A stretch of 63,354 bases of DNA, filler included, from Licmophora abbreviata (GCA_900291995.1; 10 parts of 10 records of this genome joined end to end with filler, not necessarily neighbours in it), one strand, 5' to 3'. Shown: positions 36,723 through 46,610, counted from the first letter of the whole stretch. Notes: generated by a model not told the origin, from the sequence alone. Made by a program: numbers and translations.

Positions 36723-38432
36723 CTAGACTCCTAATATCATGTGAAAACCCGCAGCCACCAAGCACATAGCGGCCGCAATATGCCGTTTAGGTTCATAAGA
36801 TGCCGACGACAATGGCGTATCATCAACTAGCATGTCCTCACGCGAAGGTGGCGGTGACGTACAGTCTGCGGATGGTCCAGGTGCCGATGTTGGGTCTTGC
36901 CCGGGCGAGGCCGTCGGCGACGCATCTGTTTTGGTTGGTTGGGCACTGCTATTGCTCGACGGTAGCAGTGGCTCGATGGGCTCGTCCCGGACGCCTACGT
37001 TCGTCGTCCAGAAGTCTCGATCTTGGTGTTGCGCTTGCAGTAGCGGTGGGTTGTCGTGCTCTGGAATTCCCGGTTGTCCCACGCGCCCTTCTAGAACCAC
37101 AAGGTCCTCCTTCGAGTCGTAGACGAACCACTGGAATATGTGATCGGCCTGAAAGAGAATTGCATCTAATATTTGTGGAGCATGCCGAGAAACGACGATA
37201 GTCGTCACCACGGCAGCTTCCATGCCGCCTTCCTCCACAGCCACAACAGTCTTTTGCCGAATCTCGCTAATGAATGAGGCACAATCGTCGTTTCCTAGGA
37301 TGCACAATTGTCCCGGCGCAAACACGGAGGCCAGCCCCATTGTTTGCAATGACTGCTTCAAGGCGTCATTGTAGTCCGATTCGTACTTGAACTTGGGTAG
37401 GGCGACGGCGACAAACTCTGATTTGGGCAGGGGAAGGACAGAGAGCAGTTCGGTGGACGATGTAACTGGAAGAGGTGTCGCTATAGTCATGGATGGCGAT
37501 ATTGTCTTGCGAGAGTGCGACAGGAGTGGGAGTGCGACAATCACAGAGAGTGATCCTCTCGCGAAGGGAAGTTGCAATACTTGAAAACCGGGCAGGACTG
37601 TGTGAGAATAGGGAAAGTAGTCCGCCTGATGCATGAAGTGTGCGAAGGAGGTTGTGACGGGTAACCGTGATCTCGTTGTAGAGGAAGATGAAGTACTGCC
37701 CGTCGTCGAAAGGTCCGTCGGATAATGGTAAAAGACGTCCTGGTTGGTCATGGCGGCTTGAAAGGGCAGTTCCCACCTGGCCTTGAGGTAGAGAGATGTG
37801 AGGGCCAGCAACATGGTGTTGGTCGCTAACGGTCCATTTTCAACGATACTCTCAATCACTCCATTCGTCGACGCGTTGACCCAAAGATTAATGACCTGTC
37901 CCGCGCTACTGTCTTGGAAATTCAAGAGTGCCACATAGTCGCCGACGACACTCGCAAAATCAGGATTCAGTGCACCAAAGTATGGATCGACCCAGATGCG
38001 ACTGGCAATCTGCAAGGTGGGCTCATAGTCCAAGCACCCGGGGTTATAGCACTGACCATCGTAGGTCGTATCGAGTCTCCTCGCCGTGTCGTTCCATGCC
38101 AGCGAAGACCGCGACGTCTCGGGGAATCCGAGGACTTGCTGCATCTGCAAAGCGGCCTCGTCTCGACACGCTGGATACAACAAGCTCAGGCCCAAGGAAA
38201 GACAAAAGGCAGAAGTGCAGTCATTGGTAGTGTGATTTCGATACGAGTACAGGTCCGAGGTAAGAGCATCGGCAAAGGTTCGATGAGCAGCATGCAAAGC
38301 TGATGAGGATGGGCCTGCATCGGCTGCGGCGGATACCAATGGCAGCGATGCGTCGTCGTACCACGATAGGAACAGGATTGCAAAGTATATCGCCATCAGG
38401 GCTGCTCTCTTCGTCAACCCGAAAGATAACAT
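36723..38432 (-). CDS. Serpin with signal peptide, Ser/Pro/Thr stalk and hydrophobic C-terminus
   Basis: INLWVNASTNGVI, LYLKARWELPF, QVLQLPF, VALPKFKYES, QKTVVAVEEGGMEAAVVT, FQADHIFQWFVYD..VLEGRV; intronless. Confidence 0.9.
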   Translation of the reverse strand: MLSFGLTKRAALMAIYFAILFLSWYDDASLPLVSAAADAGPSSSALHAAHRTFADALTSDLYSYRNHTTNDCTSAFCLSLGLSLLYPACRDEAALQMQQVLGFPETSRSSLAWNDTARRLDTTYDGQCYNPGCLDYEPTLQIASRIWVDPYFGALNPDFASVVGDYVALLNFQDSSAGQVINLWVNASTNGVIESIVENGPLATNTMLLALTSLYLKARWELPFQAAMTNQDVFYHYPTDLSTTGSTSSSSTTRSRLPVTTSFAHFMHQADYFPYSHTVLPGFQVLQLPFARGSLSVIVALPLLSHSRKTISPSMTIATPLPVTSSTELLSVLPLPKSEFVAVALPKFKYESDYNDALKQSLQTMGLASVFAPGQLCILGNDDCASFISEIRQKTVVAVEEGGMEAAVVTTIVVSRHAPQILDAILFQADHIFQWFVYDSKEDLVVLEGRVGQPGIPEHDNPPLLQAQHQDRDFWTTNVGVRDEPIEPLLPSSNSSAQPTKTDASPTASPGQDPTSAPGPSADCTSPPPSREDMLVDDTPLSSASYEPKRHIAAAMCLVAAGFHMILGV

Positions 38433-38552
38433 TGTTCTTTGTTTCAATCAATGTGTCTATTTTATGATGACTGTGATAATAATGATACTCGCATCGCCAA
38501 AGCCGCAGTCCTTGTTCGCCTTGAATGTGTCGTTATGCCATCATCTGCCATC

Positions 38553-38652
38553 NNNNNNNNNNNNNNNNNNNNNNNNNNNNNNNNNNNNNNNNNNNNTTAA
38601 TTAATTAANNNNNNNNNNNNNNNNNNNNNNNNNNNNNNNNNNNNNNNNNNNN
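38553..38652. other. Artificial assembly gap spacer
   Basis: N44-TTAATTAATTAA-N44. Confidence 0.99.
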
Positions 38653-38772
38653 TTCCGGGTGATGTTTCATGTTTCTTTCCGGGTCCTTATTAGACGTCCG
38701 ACCGTCAGCCGCACGACCCGTTTTGCCTCGCGCGTCACAACAATAAGCACAAAACGCATCAATACTTCGACC

Positions 38773-39764
38773 ATGACGCTCGTCGCCGGCGCTCGAGCGT
38801 CTCTTTCGTTGGCTCGTCGAGGAGTCAGCCCTCTTTTACTCCGCAATCTTCCTTCTGCTCAAAGTGTGGTATCCCAAGCTTCTGAATGTTTTGGTAATAA
38901 AAATGGGACTCAGAAAAAGCACTTTTCTTCCTGTGCGGGAGACGCCCTTCACGCACTCGCAACGTCCAATCCGCACATGGAGGCTATTCGATACGAGTAC
39001 AAGAACGTCAAGGCTACCTATTCGAAGGTGGATTCTTGGAGTGAAATGATGGCCACGGGCTTTGTCGAGCAGGGGCTCACGACTGGCGACGTCGTGCTTT
39101 CCTGGCTTCCCAGCCACTTCGTTGAGCAGGTGAGCTTTATTTGTAGTAGCAGTGTGTCATGTCTGTTTCAACTATCGCAAACTAACGATTTACTCCCATT
39201 TCACCCTCCACTTTGATTCTGCAGCACGTTTTACAGTTTGCTTGCTCCAAGGCCGGGTTCACCTTGTACACAATGAACCCAGCTGACACGACGGACGCGA
39301 ACGCCCAGGCGGCTCTCGCCAAGGCACTCGAACTCACCAAGGCCAACGTCCTCATTACCCAAGAGGCCGGTCAGGATCGCAACTACGTCAGGCATGTCGA
39401 GTACGTCGTACCAGAAGTCACCATTTTCAATTTCGGAGGCGGCATGCCCTTCTTTGCGCCCCGCTTCCCGCACTTGCGATTCCCGGTCCACACGGGATTT
39501 GACAATCGCGACAAGCACGGCATGCTGCCCATGCGCAACTTTCTCAGCCCCGTCGGAGATCTCGACACTCTAGTTGCTGACAACAAGCCGCAGGCTAGTA
39601 CGCCGCTATTTGGTGAACTCATTGTGGACAGCGACGGTATGCCGACCAAACTGGGCAAGACCTTGACGAATGAGCAAGTGGCGAGCAGCAACGTGTGGCC
39701 CGTCTTTTCCAAGATGCTACGAAAGGAATACCAGGAAGTGGAGGGAATCGGAAATGTGTGGTAG
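38773..39764 (+). CDS. Probably mitochondrial, truncated AMP-binding (acyl-CoA synthetase N-terminal-like) protein, about 300 aa; intron 39130-39224
   Basis: Arg/Ser-rich presequence; TYSKVDSWSEMMATGFVEQGLTTGDVVLSWLP..Q|HVLQFACSKAGFTLYTMNP resembles the ANL N-terminus; no recognisable TSGTTGxPKG. Confidence 0.65.
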
Positions 39765-39853
39765 AAAAGGAACGGGTCAAGTACTAGTTTATTATAACAC
39801 CAAGTTGCATTGTTACAGTCCTTGAGACACTTCGTTATCGTACAATCTCTCCA

Positions 39854-41305
39854 CTATCGCCCCCAATTTCCGCGGCTACTGGGAGCGTCCCCAGGATTGG
39901 GGCGACCTGGACGCCCACCTCGTCTCTGCCACCGTTCCGTTCGAGCCCAACGCTCGTCTGGTGTCACAAAATGGGTCCCTCCCATATTCCAGTGGCTTGC
40001 GAGGGCACTTCCCGACGAGAGCTGCGGTGTCTGCCATGGAGGTGGAGGAGCGAGCTCGGCTACAAAGTTTGGATCAGAGCGGCCTATGAGGAGCTCCAGT
40101 ACTTCCTTTGCGCGCTTGAAAATCGTCACTTGCTCTTTTGTCCAAGTATGTGGGAGCACAAGATAGGTTTCATTGTCTTCCTTGTTATCCTTGTCTTCCT
40201 CTGTTGCGAGCTCAGTCTTTCGAAATCCTAGCACGTGTAGCAAGTGCATTGCGCCCCATGCGGACACAATGTGATGTTGAATGGATCGATTTGACAGTCG
40301 CAATTTGTGATACTTCTCCTCAGACGGCCGATTGAGTATATTGGTTACAATGGTGTGAAGCAGCGGAGCAGTCTTTTTGTCTCCAAGTCCGACCGGGTCG
40401 AGAGCACTTGCAGCGACCATGAGAGCATCCTCGTCGTCGACAACGAGCACTTCCAAGAGAAACGAGTTCATCACATCAGGCTCTTGCTGAACCACGAGGC
40501 AATGTGCTGAGCCGCTGGGTAGCGATCGAGCAGGGCGGTAGGCGCCAAGTACCCACTCTTCGCTTCCAACTACTGCCGAAAGAAGAAACAAGTGTCCAGA
40601 TCGGCTGAACTGGACCAATGGGGCGGACGACGGCTCAATGGTCCATAGATGCGAAGACGGATTGTGCCCACTCTCATCCATCCATCGAACTCGAACTTTC
40701 TCGGTCAGACAGGCATTGTCAATCTCTAGCAATATCTCATCCTCACTGCCGCTATACTTGATAGAATGCAGAGTCGTGATGGCTTGCGCGACCGTGGGAT
40801 CGTCGAGAGCGCCCACATTTTCTTCGAATTGGAGAGAGGAGAGAACGACGTCGGGGTGAATCAGCTCGCCAAAGACGCCGTGAGCTTCATCGACTAGATG
40901 CATGTTGGCTGCCACACGAAGTATGTTACGAAGGGAAGATGCCATGATCACATAATCGTCGCGTTGACATGATCTTCTGTGAATGTGTGAGGAGAGAATG
41001 GCAATGAGCTTTTTCCACAAAAGTTCCCGCCAAACCTCATCGCGCGCATCATTGGAGCGAGCGCTCATCTCACCCCCGCCTCTGTCCCACTTATGCAGGG
41101 GTCTACTATCTACGTCTATGATACGAAGTAGTAGACTACGAAAGGCTTTCATATTTCGCCCAAACGCCGACGCCCCCTTGGCAAGAGGGAAGCATTCTAA
41201 CGCATTCTTCTGAAATGTAAGAACACGCTGGAGCTGAATGTGGTGCACTGTTCCAGAACTAGCTTCGTTTAGTCGTATGCAAGCTGTAGCATCACGTAAC
41301 ACCAT
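39854..41305 (-). CDS. Protein with VHL-beta-like domain and PUB domain (start uncertain: 41305 or 41152)
   Basis: LEIDN..VRVRWMDESG..TIEP..QFSRSGHLFLL (VHL-like); LLHTIVTNILNRPSEEKYHKLRLSNRSIQHHIV..GAMHLLHVLGF (PUB). Confidence 0.7.
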   Translation of the reverse strand: MVLRDATACIRLNEASSGTVHHIQLQRVLTFQKNALECFPLAKGASAFGRNMKAFRSLLLRIIDVDSRPLHKWDRGGGEMSARSNDARDEVWRELLWKKLIAILSSHIHRRSCQRDDYVIMASSLRNILRVAANMHLVDEAHGVFGELIHPDVVLSSLQFEENVGALDDPTVAQAITTLHSIKYSGSEDEILLEIDNACLTEKVRVRWMDESGHNPSSHLWTIEPSSAPLVQFSRSGHLFLLSAVVGSEEWVLGAYRPARSLPSGSAHCLVVQQEPDVMNSFLLEVLVVDDEDALMVAASALDPVGLGDKKTAPLLHTIVTNILNRPSEEKYHKLRLSNRSIQHHIVSAWGAMHLLHVLGFRKTELATEEDKDNKEDNETYLVLPHTWTKEQVTIFKRAKEVLELLIGRSDPNFVAELAPPPPWQTPQLSSGSALASHWNMGGTHFVTPDERWARTERWQRRGGRPGRPNPGDAPSSRGNWGR

Positions 41306-41388
41306 GTGCGAGCTAAAGTAGCGTTCATACGACGTGCAACAACGTCCTATCACATATTGCTACTTTCGCCACCAGCACAAACCAGGGT

Positions 41389-43017
41389 CTACTCCTTCTT
41401 CTTTTTCGGACTGGGCACCATGGAGAGAACACAGTAAATCACGAAACACCCAATGTGACCGAAAAAGTAATGACTCTTGTACACACTCCAGGACCACTCG
41501 CCTGACAGCATGACAAATGCGCTTACAATGTACTCGACAAAAAAGGACGTTGTTAGGATGCACACAATGCCGTACAAGCTCCACTTTTCTTTGGAAAAGT
41601 AGGGACTGATCTTCTTGCGGCCCAACCGCTCACATGTCGTCAACAAGGGCACGCTCATGAAGAAAAAGTAGTAGCCGGGGTAGAAGCCATGCCAGAAGGC
41701 ACTCAAGCTGTAAACAGCGCCCAAATTCCCATTGGTACGAATGTAGACGTAGCGCGTTAGCCACAACGATGTCTTTTTGTTCCATTCCTTACTGAGCGTT
41801 TGCACATTGGGCGCCGTCTCGAAGGCCCAGACATTCTGATTGCTCGAGTTTTCCCATCCCTTGGCATTTCCATCTTCGTCAAAGCCTTCAAAGCCCGCAT
41901 ACCAAATGTTGTTGGCACCCTCGGCCGACGACCATGCAAAGTAGTACTTTTGTCGCACCCCAAAGAGCCCGATCCACATGTACGCGTACCGCTGAATCCA
42001 AGGACGCGCCAAGAACTCGCTCGTTAGAATGGTGGGTGTGTTGTTCTGCGGATCCGTAGCGTCGAGAATCGGGAAGGCTCCGCTCAAGACCACGTAGAGG
42101 ACCATGTTGACAAGGCTGGTGAGGAAGGGACGGAGCGTGGGCCAGACATTGCTGGGGATCTTCGAACCGCGCGGCTTGCCGTCGGCGTCGTACAAGTGAC
42201 GGCCGCTGCACGCCTGCTCGTAGGTTTGAAACTCGTAGGCAGGACCTGCCAAGACGTTGGCGAAGCAAAAGGTATAACCCAAGAACTCGAGGAGGCCAGG
42301 AGTCTCCTTGAGAGCGAACTGGGCACACTTTTTGGAGGCACGGTCTTCCTTGCCTTGTGCGAGAGCTTCGCCGTCGTAGAGATTGTAGGCCATCATGTAG
42401 AGCTTCTGTGTAATGACCATCTGAACTCCGGTAAAGTCTAGATCGTATCCGAGATAGTTGATGTAGAGGCGATGCAAGTGGCCGAGTGTCATGTAGACCA
42501 TGACAAAGATTGGAACGAGAGTTTTGGTCGTCTTGCGGGGGAGCGTACAGAACATGGCGTAGACGACAAGCGACGTGATGAGCTGATGAATCCACTGGAC
42601 TCCCAGGGTAAACTGAAGCAAGAAAGCTCCCAGAATGAAGGAGAACAAATGCTTCATCTTTCCGTGTGGCAGCTTGTGCATGATGATCCCGAGAGGGTAG
42701 CAAATCATGAGTCCAAGCGTGTAGTTGAGAGTCTCTTCGTCAAATCCCGTGGTTTCCGAGAGGTACTGGACAGGCTCCTTCACGATGGACGGAACTGCGA
42801 AAAGACAGGAGAGCACGTTCGGTTCAGAGGTGAGTGGATACGATTTTGGATCGACAAGAGTCTTGCCTACACAATAATTACTAAACTCACCGAGACAGAC
42901 GGTAGGAGCCACATACTTCTCGAGGCCATACAACACATCCAGTCCATCATCGATCGTATGCGTCACCACGGACGGCAAGAGCAGATGGAGCGGCGTTTCC
43001 ACAACCGAGTGCCTCAT
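41389..43017 (-). CDS. MBOAT lysophospholipid acyltransferase (LPCAT/Ale1-like); probable intron 42795-42890
   Basis: DFTGVQMVITQKL, VLAGPAYEF, KYYFAW, WNKKTSLWLTRYVY, SAFWHGFYPGYY (catalytic His), C-terminal KKKKE ER-retrieval-like signal. Confidence 0.93.
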   Translation of the reverse strand: MRHSVVETPLHLLLPSVVTHTIDDGLDVLYGLEKYVAPTVCLGEFSNYCVGKTLVDPKSYPLTSEPNVLSCLFAVPSIVKEPVQYLSETTGFDEETLNYTLGLMICYPLGIIMHKLPHGKMKHLFSFILGAFLLQFTLGVQWIHQLITSLVVYAMFCTLPRKTTKTLVPIFVMVYMTLGHLHRLYINYLGYDLDFTGVQMVITQKLYMMAYNLYDGEALAQGKEDRASKKCAQFALKETPGLLEFLGYTFCFANVLAGPAYEFQTYEQACSGRHLYDADGKPRGSKIPSNVWPTLRPFLTSLVNMVLYVVLSGAFPILDATDPQNNTPTILTSEFLARPWIQRYAYMWIGLFGVRQKYYFAWSSAEGANNIWYAGFEGFDEDGNAKGWENSSNQNVWAFETAPNVQTLSKEWNKKTSLWLTRYVYIRTNGNLGAVYSLSAFWHGFYPGYYFFFMSVPLLTTCERLGRKKISPYFSKEKWSLYGIVCILTTSFFVEYIVSAFVMLSGEWSWSVYKSHYFFGHIGCFVIYCVLSMVPSPKKKKE

Positions 43018-43071
43018 CTTTCTTGATACTGAGAGAGACTACAGGGAGAATAGTCTATACCTGGTACTATC

Positions 43072-43171
43072 NNNNNNNNNNNNNNNNNNNNNNNNNNNNN
43101 NNNNNNNNNNNNNNNTTAATTAATTAANNNNNNNNNNNNNNNNNNNNNNNNNNNNNNNNNNNNNNNNNNNN
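43072..43171. other. Artificial assembly gap spacer
   Basis: N44-TTAATTAATTAA-N44. Confidence 0.99.
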
Positions 43172-43515
43172 ATCAAGGACGACACGACAAACTCGAGTGT
43201 CATCAATCGCAATGTTGTGCGTGTGATGGAGGCTCCAAGTGAGAAAAACGTCACCGCATCTTGAACCAAACTCCGGGTGTCATTGTCTGGTGGCCAATTT
43301 TCTACGGAGCAAGCAGTACAAAGATCTCGTAGACATAGCACCACTCTGGCCGTCGCTCCGACGATGGATGCCCAGTACAGAAATTTTGAAATTCAGTTTA
43401 GAAGTTGAAAAGACCACCATGATGCATGGTGATGACAACGACGCGTCGCTCGAGTCCTCTTGGCACGAATTGCTTGGAAACTCTATGTGCTTATATATCA
43501 GATTAAGGTGATTCA

Positions 43516-45675
43516 ATGACTGACGACGTCTCCGCATCGCAGGAAAGTCCCGCGCATGCTCCAGGTCGACTTCGTGTCTTGACCGTCGGCGACGGCGATC
43601 TCACCCTGTCGCTCGCCTTGATCCGTGCCTATGGCTCAACCCAGTTGGACTTGACTGCTTCCACGCTGCTAGAATCGTCTAAGGAACTCATTGAAACCTA
43701 CTGGAACTCCCATCAAGTCTTACAGGAGCTTTACGACGAACACCCCGACGTCGACGTCTTGTATGGTACTGACGCGACACAGTTGCATCGGCTATGTCGG
43801 AACAACAACAACAACAACAAGTTTGACGCTATTCTGTTTCACCATCCACATTTGGGCTTGGATTCGGTTCGTGTCGACGAAGAGTGGCATGCCCGTAGAC
43901 ACGCCGTGCTTTTGGCACACTATCTTTGGTCAGCGGCACAGTGTGTGGAGGACAATGGTGGCTTGGTGCACGTGTGTCTGTGCGGCACGCAGCATCAAAC
44001 CTGGCGACTCTTCGAAAGTGCAGAACGACTTGGATTGAAACATGTCGTGACGCAGTCGACAAAGGCTCATTTGGATCAGTGGCTCTTTGCGTCCGCAGCG
44101 TCTACAGAGGAGGAGCCGTCAGCATCCACTTGCTGTCTTCCGGTACAGCCGCACCATCCCGCACCCCGCAAGTATCGCAATGGCAAGCTCGGTTCGAAAC
44201 ACTTTCTGGGAAAGTACGGCTATCGGCATCGACGGACTCATGGCGATAGGGTGGAACGAGACAGCGCTACAGCCATGAATGTCGAAGGGTCCCAGCATTT
44301 TGTCTTTTCGGTAAAGAGAAGTTCAACGAGCGACGTGATGATGGGGAGGAACATCGGCGAAAGAACTAATGGCGGCGACTACACCAATGATGGAACTGGA
44401 AGATTGGTGTGTCGTGTATGCGAGATGATATTTGACTCATGCGCAGCATTGACACAGCACTGGAGCGCCCCGGCGCTACCCGATCCGGCGGACACGAGCA
44501 GCAGTGATGGTGTTTGCAGTGACGACGTCGTTCACCAAAACGCTGTCGACGAGAATTCAATTGACGACAAAGCTGATACCAGCAAACCGCGGCAGTCGTA
44601 TCCTCTATCGATCGACGAAATCGATTCCAGGAGAATGGTCGAGATCACTGTGGCTGAATCGCACGATGGGACGCGACTGCGTTGGTACTTGCGTCAAGAG
44701 TCTGTCACCGACTTGAAACTCTCAAAGAAGCAGTGCAACAATCTCATAAAGGACGGTCGGGTCGTCATCAATGGAGCAGTGGCATTGGATTCAAGTCGCT
44801 TCGTTCGTAAAGGTGACAGTCTTTGTTTGTTGGAGGAGCGGAGAGACACATGTGCTAGTTCGACCAAGCGGAGCACTAGCGTCGAGATTGTCCGAGCATT
44901 CGACGACTTCGTTGTTGCGTTTAAGCCGACTGGCATGCGGACCAGTGGAACATTCTCAGATCAAACGTTGGAAATGCGCGTCTCAAATCAGTTGGGCCGG
45001 TCGTTCGTTAGTCTGTCTAAGCTCGACACGGGGTGTGCCGGCCTATCTGTTTTGAACAGCTGCCAGTCAACGTGTGAGGTATCGTACTCATTTGTTTTGC
45101 TTGTACACGGTCACATACCATTCGAATGGGATGGTGGCTCCATTCCGCTGTTGTTAGAGAGACTAAGAAGATGGGACAAGGGACGCAAGGCTACATCAAA
45201 GCGACCATTTTATGAGATGTCTTCTGGAGTGAGTTTTGGACCGCCAACCGACGACCGTCGATCGGATGTATCTGAAGGCTCGGAACGCCGGGACTTTATC
45301 AAGATGTACGTGGTCGAAAGAACTGCGACGGACTCGGAAAACGTACCAGCTCTTTCGACGATACGAATCGAAACGTCCTGCAAGACAAGCGGCCTGTGCA
45401 GCGCCATTTGCTACGCTTTCAGGAAGCGTGGGCATCCCGTCGTAAACGATCGGTTTCACAAACTAGAATACCTCGAACTTCCACGCTCCGTACGGAACGT
45501 TATCAAGGGCAGATTATGTATTGGCTGTTATGGCGTGAAAATTCAACGGGGCGGCAAGGGAACGGAAGATGTTCAGGTGGACCGTCCCGAACGCCTCTCC
45601 GCTCATCACTGGCAAGAACACTGTTCTACAGCTTCGACGCGGAGCCTCCAACTTGACCCAACGAGTGTTGATTAG
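43516..45675 (+). CDS. Fusion: Bmt5/DUF2431-like SAM methyltransferase + C2H2-like finger + S4 + RluA-like pseudouridine synthase domain
   Basis: VLTVGDGDLTLSLAL, VLYGTDATQL, FDAILFHHPHLG; CRVC..LTQH; RLRWYL..LSKKQCNNLIKDGRVVING; FVVAFKPTGM, LSKLDTGCAGL, GHPVVND; one uninterrupted 719-aa ORF. Confidence 0.75.
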   Translation: MTDDVSASQESPAHAPGRLRVLTVGDGDLTLSLALIRAYGSTQLDLTASTLLESSKELIETYWNSHQVLQELYDEHPDVDVLYGTDATQLHRLCRNNNNNNKFDAILFHHPHLGLDSVRVDEEWHARRHAVLLAHYLWSAAQCVEDNGGLVHVCLCGTQHQTWRLFESAERLGLKHVVTQSTKAHLDQWLFASAASTEEEPSASTCCLPVQPHHPAPRKYRNGKLGSKHFLGKYGYRHRRTHGDRVERDSATAMNVEGSQHFVFSVKRSSTSDVMMGRNIGERTNGGDYTNDGTGRLVCRVCEMIFDSCAALTQHWSAPALPDPADTSSSDGVCSDDVVHQNAVDENSIDDKADTSKPRQSYPLSIDEIDSRRMVEITVAESHDGTRLRWYLRQESVTDLKLSKKQCNNLIKDGRVVINGAVALDSSRFVRKGDSLCLLEERRDTCASSTKRSTSVEIVRAFDDFVVAFKPTGMRTSGTFSDQTLEMRVSNQLGRSFVSLSKLDTGCAGLSVLNSCQSTCEVSYSFVLLVHGHIPFEWDGGSIPLLLERLRRWDKGRKATSKRPFYEMSSGVSFGPPTDDRRSDVSEGSERRDFIKMYVVERTATDSENVPALSTIRIETSCKTSGLCSAICYAFRKRGHPVVNDRFHKLEYLELPRSVRNVIKGRLCIGCYGVKIQRGGKGTEDVQVDRPERLSAHHWQEHCSTASTRSLQLDPTSVD

Positions 45676-46610
45676 TAGAAAGTGAAGTTGAAGGCAGTAT
45701 TTTCTCCTTTCCAATACATCGTAAGCCTGTCGTCGGACCACCATCCGGCCTCCATTTTAGTAGGCACAAGCATTCCATCGATTTTCTTATACTCCAACAT
45801 GTGACCTGACCACCGTGCAAGTTCGAATGTGTCCCCGACAGCTTTTGCCCGAGTTCCTTCGGCGGAACGAATCATGTCATTTTTATCGAAGGTAATGAGC
45901 ACATTAGCGGTTGTATTTGAGTATCCGTCTCTGAAATGAAGCCTCGCTTGTTTGGGCTCGGCTTCACTGACGGCCTCCCAGGATAGAGCGTCTGAGGGCA
46001 GCAGGGCAGTCGGGACCAAACTCGCTTCCGCCAGCCACCTCATGAGCTCTCCCTCGTTGATTTCAGGAGTATCCTCCATGTGGGCGAGTGTCACCACTCG
46101 GAGTAGCCGAGCGTTGAGATCACCCCTGCCGCGAACAAAAGCATCGCGAACCGACACGGGAATGTCCAAAAACTTGTAGGGGAACTCGCCCAAGGGAGGA
46201 GAGTGCACTGGAAGCAAGACCGTCGCGTCCCATAGAAAGCCAGCATTCGCATGCACCGCTGACATGGTCTGTATCGCACGAAACTGGAGCCACTGTTCCC
46301 CCAAGAGGATGGATCCATTCTGCTCCATGCGCAGTGACTTGATTCTTCGCACTCTGTCGAGGACGAGATCATTCTCTGTCTCATCTCCAATAACCTTGGC
46401 GAGATAGCTCTTGACAGCAGGAGGAAGCGCACTGTACAGTTCTTTCTGTTCTTCAGCCAACGCATGCAGGGATGAGGATGAATCGCTGTTTTGGTTCAGT
46501 AGGAGCGATACCGTGGCTCGGTTTGTTTGTTGCCAAGCCAGCCACCGAGAAAGCAAGAGCGCGGCGGTTGCGACTACTGCAACATGGAGAATATTCGAAA
46601 TCTTTACCAT
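45672..46610 (-). CDS. DUF6544/DUF6920-like protein with N-terminal anchor (family mostly bacterial as far as I recall)
   Basis: LPPAVKSYL, WLQFRAIQ, GFLWDA, VRDAFVRGRG, EINEGELMRWLAE..VPTALLP, GMLVPT..EAGW; intronless. Confidence 0.7.
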   Translation of the reverse strand: MVKISNILHVAVVATAALLLSRWLAWQQTNRATVSLLLNQNSDSSSSLHALAEEQKELYSALPPAVKSYLAKVIGDETENDLVLDRVRRIKSLRMEQNGSILLGEQWLQFRAIQTMSAVHANAGFLWDATVLLPVHSPPLGEFPYKFLDIPVSVRDAFVRGRGDLNARLLRVVTLAHMEDTPEINEGELMRWLAEASLVPTALLPSDALSWEAVSEAEPKQARLHFRDGYSNTTANVLITFDKNDMIRSAEGTRAKAVGDTFELARWSGHMLEYKKIDGMLVPTKMEAGWWSDDRLTMYWKGENTAFNFTFY

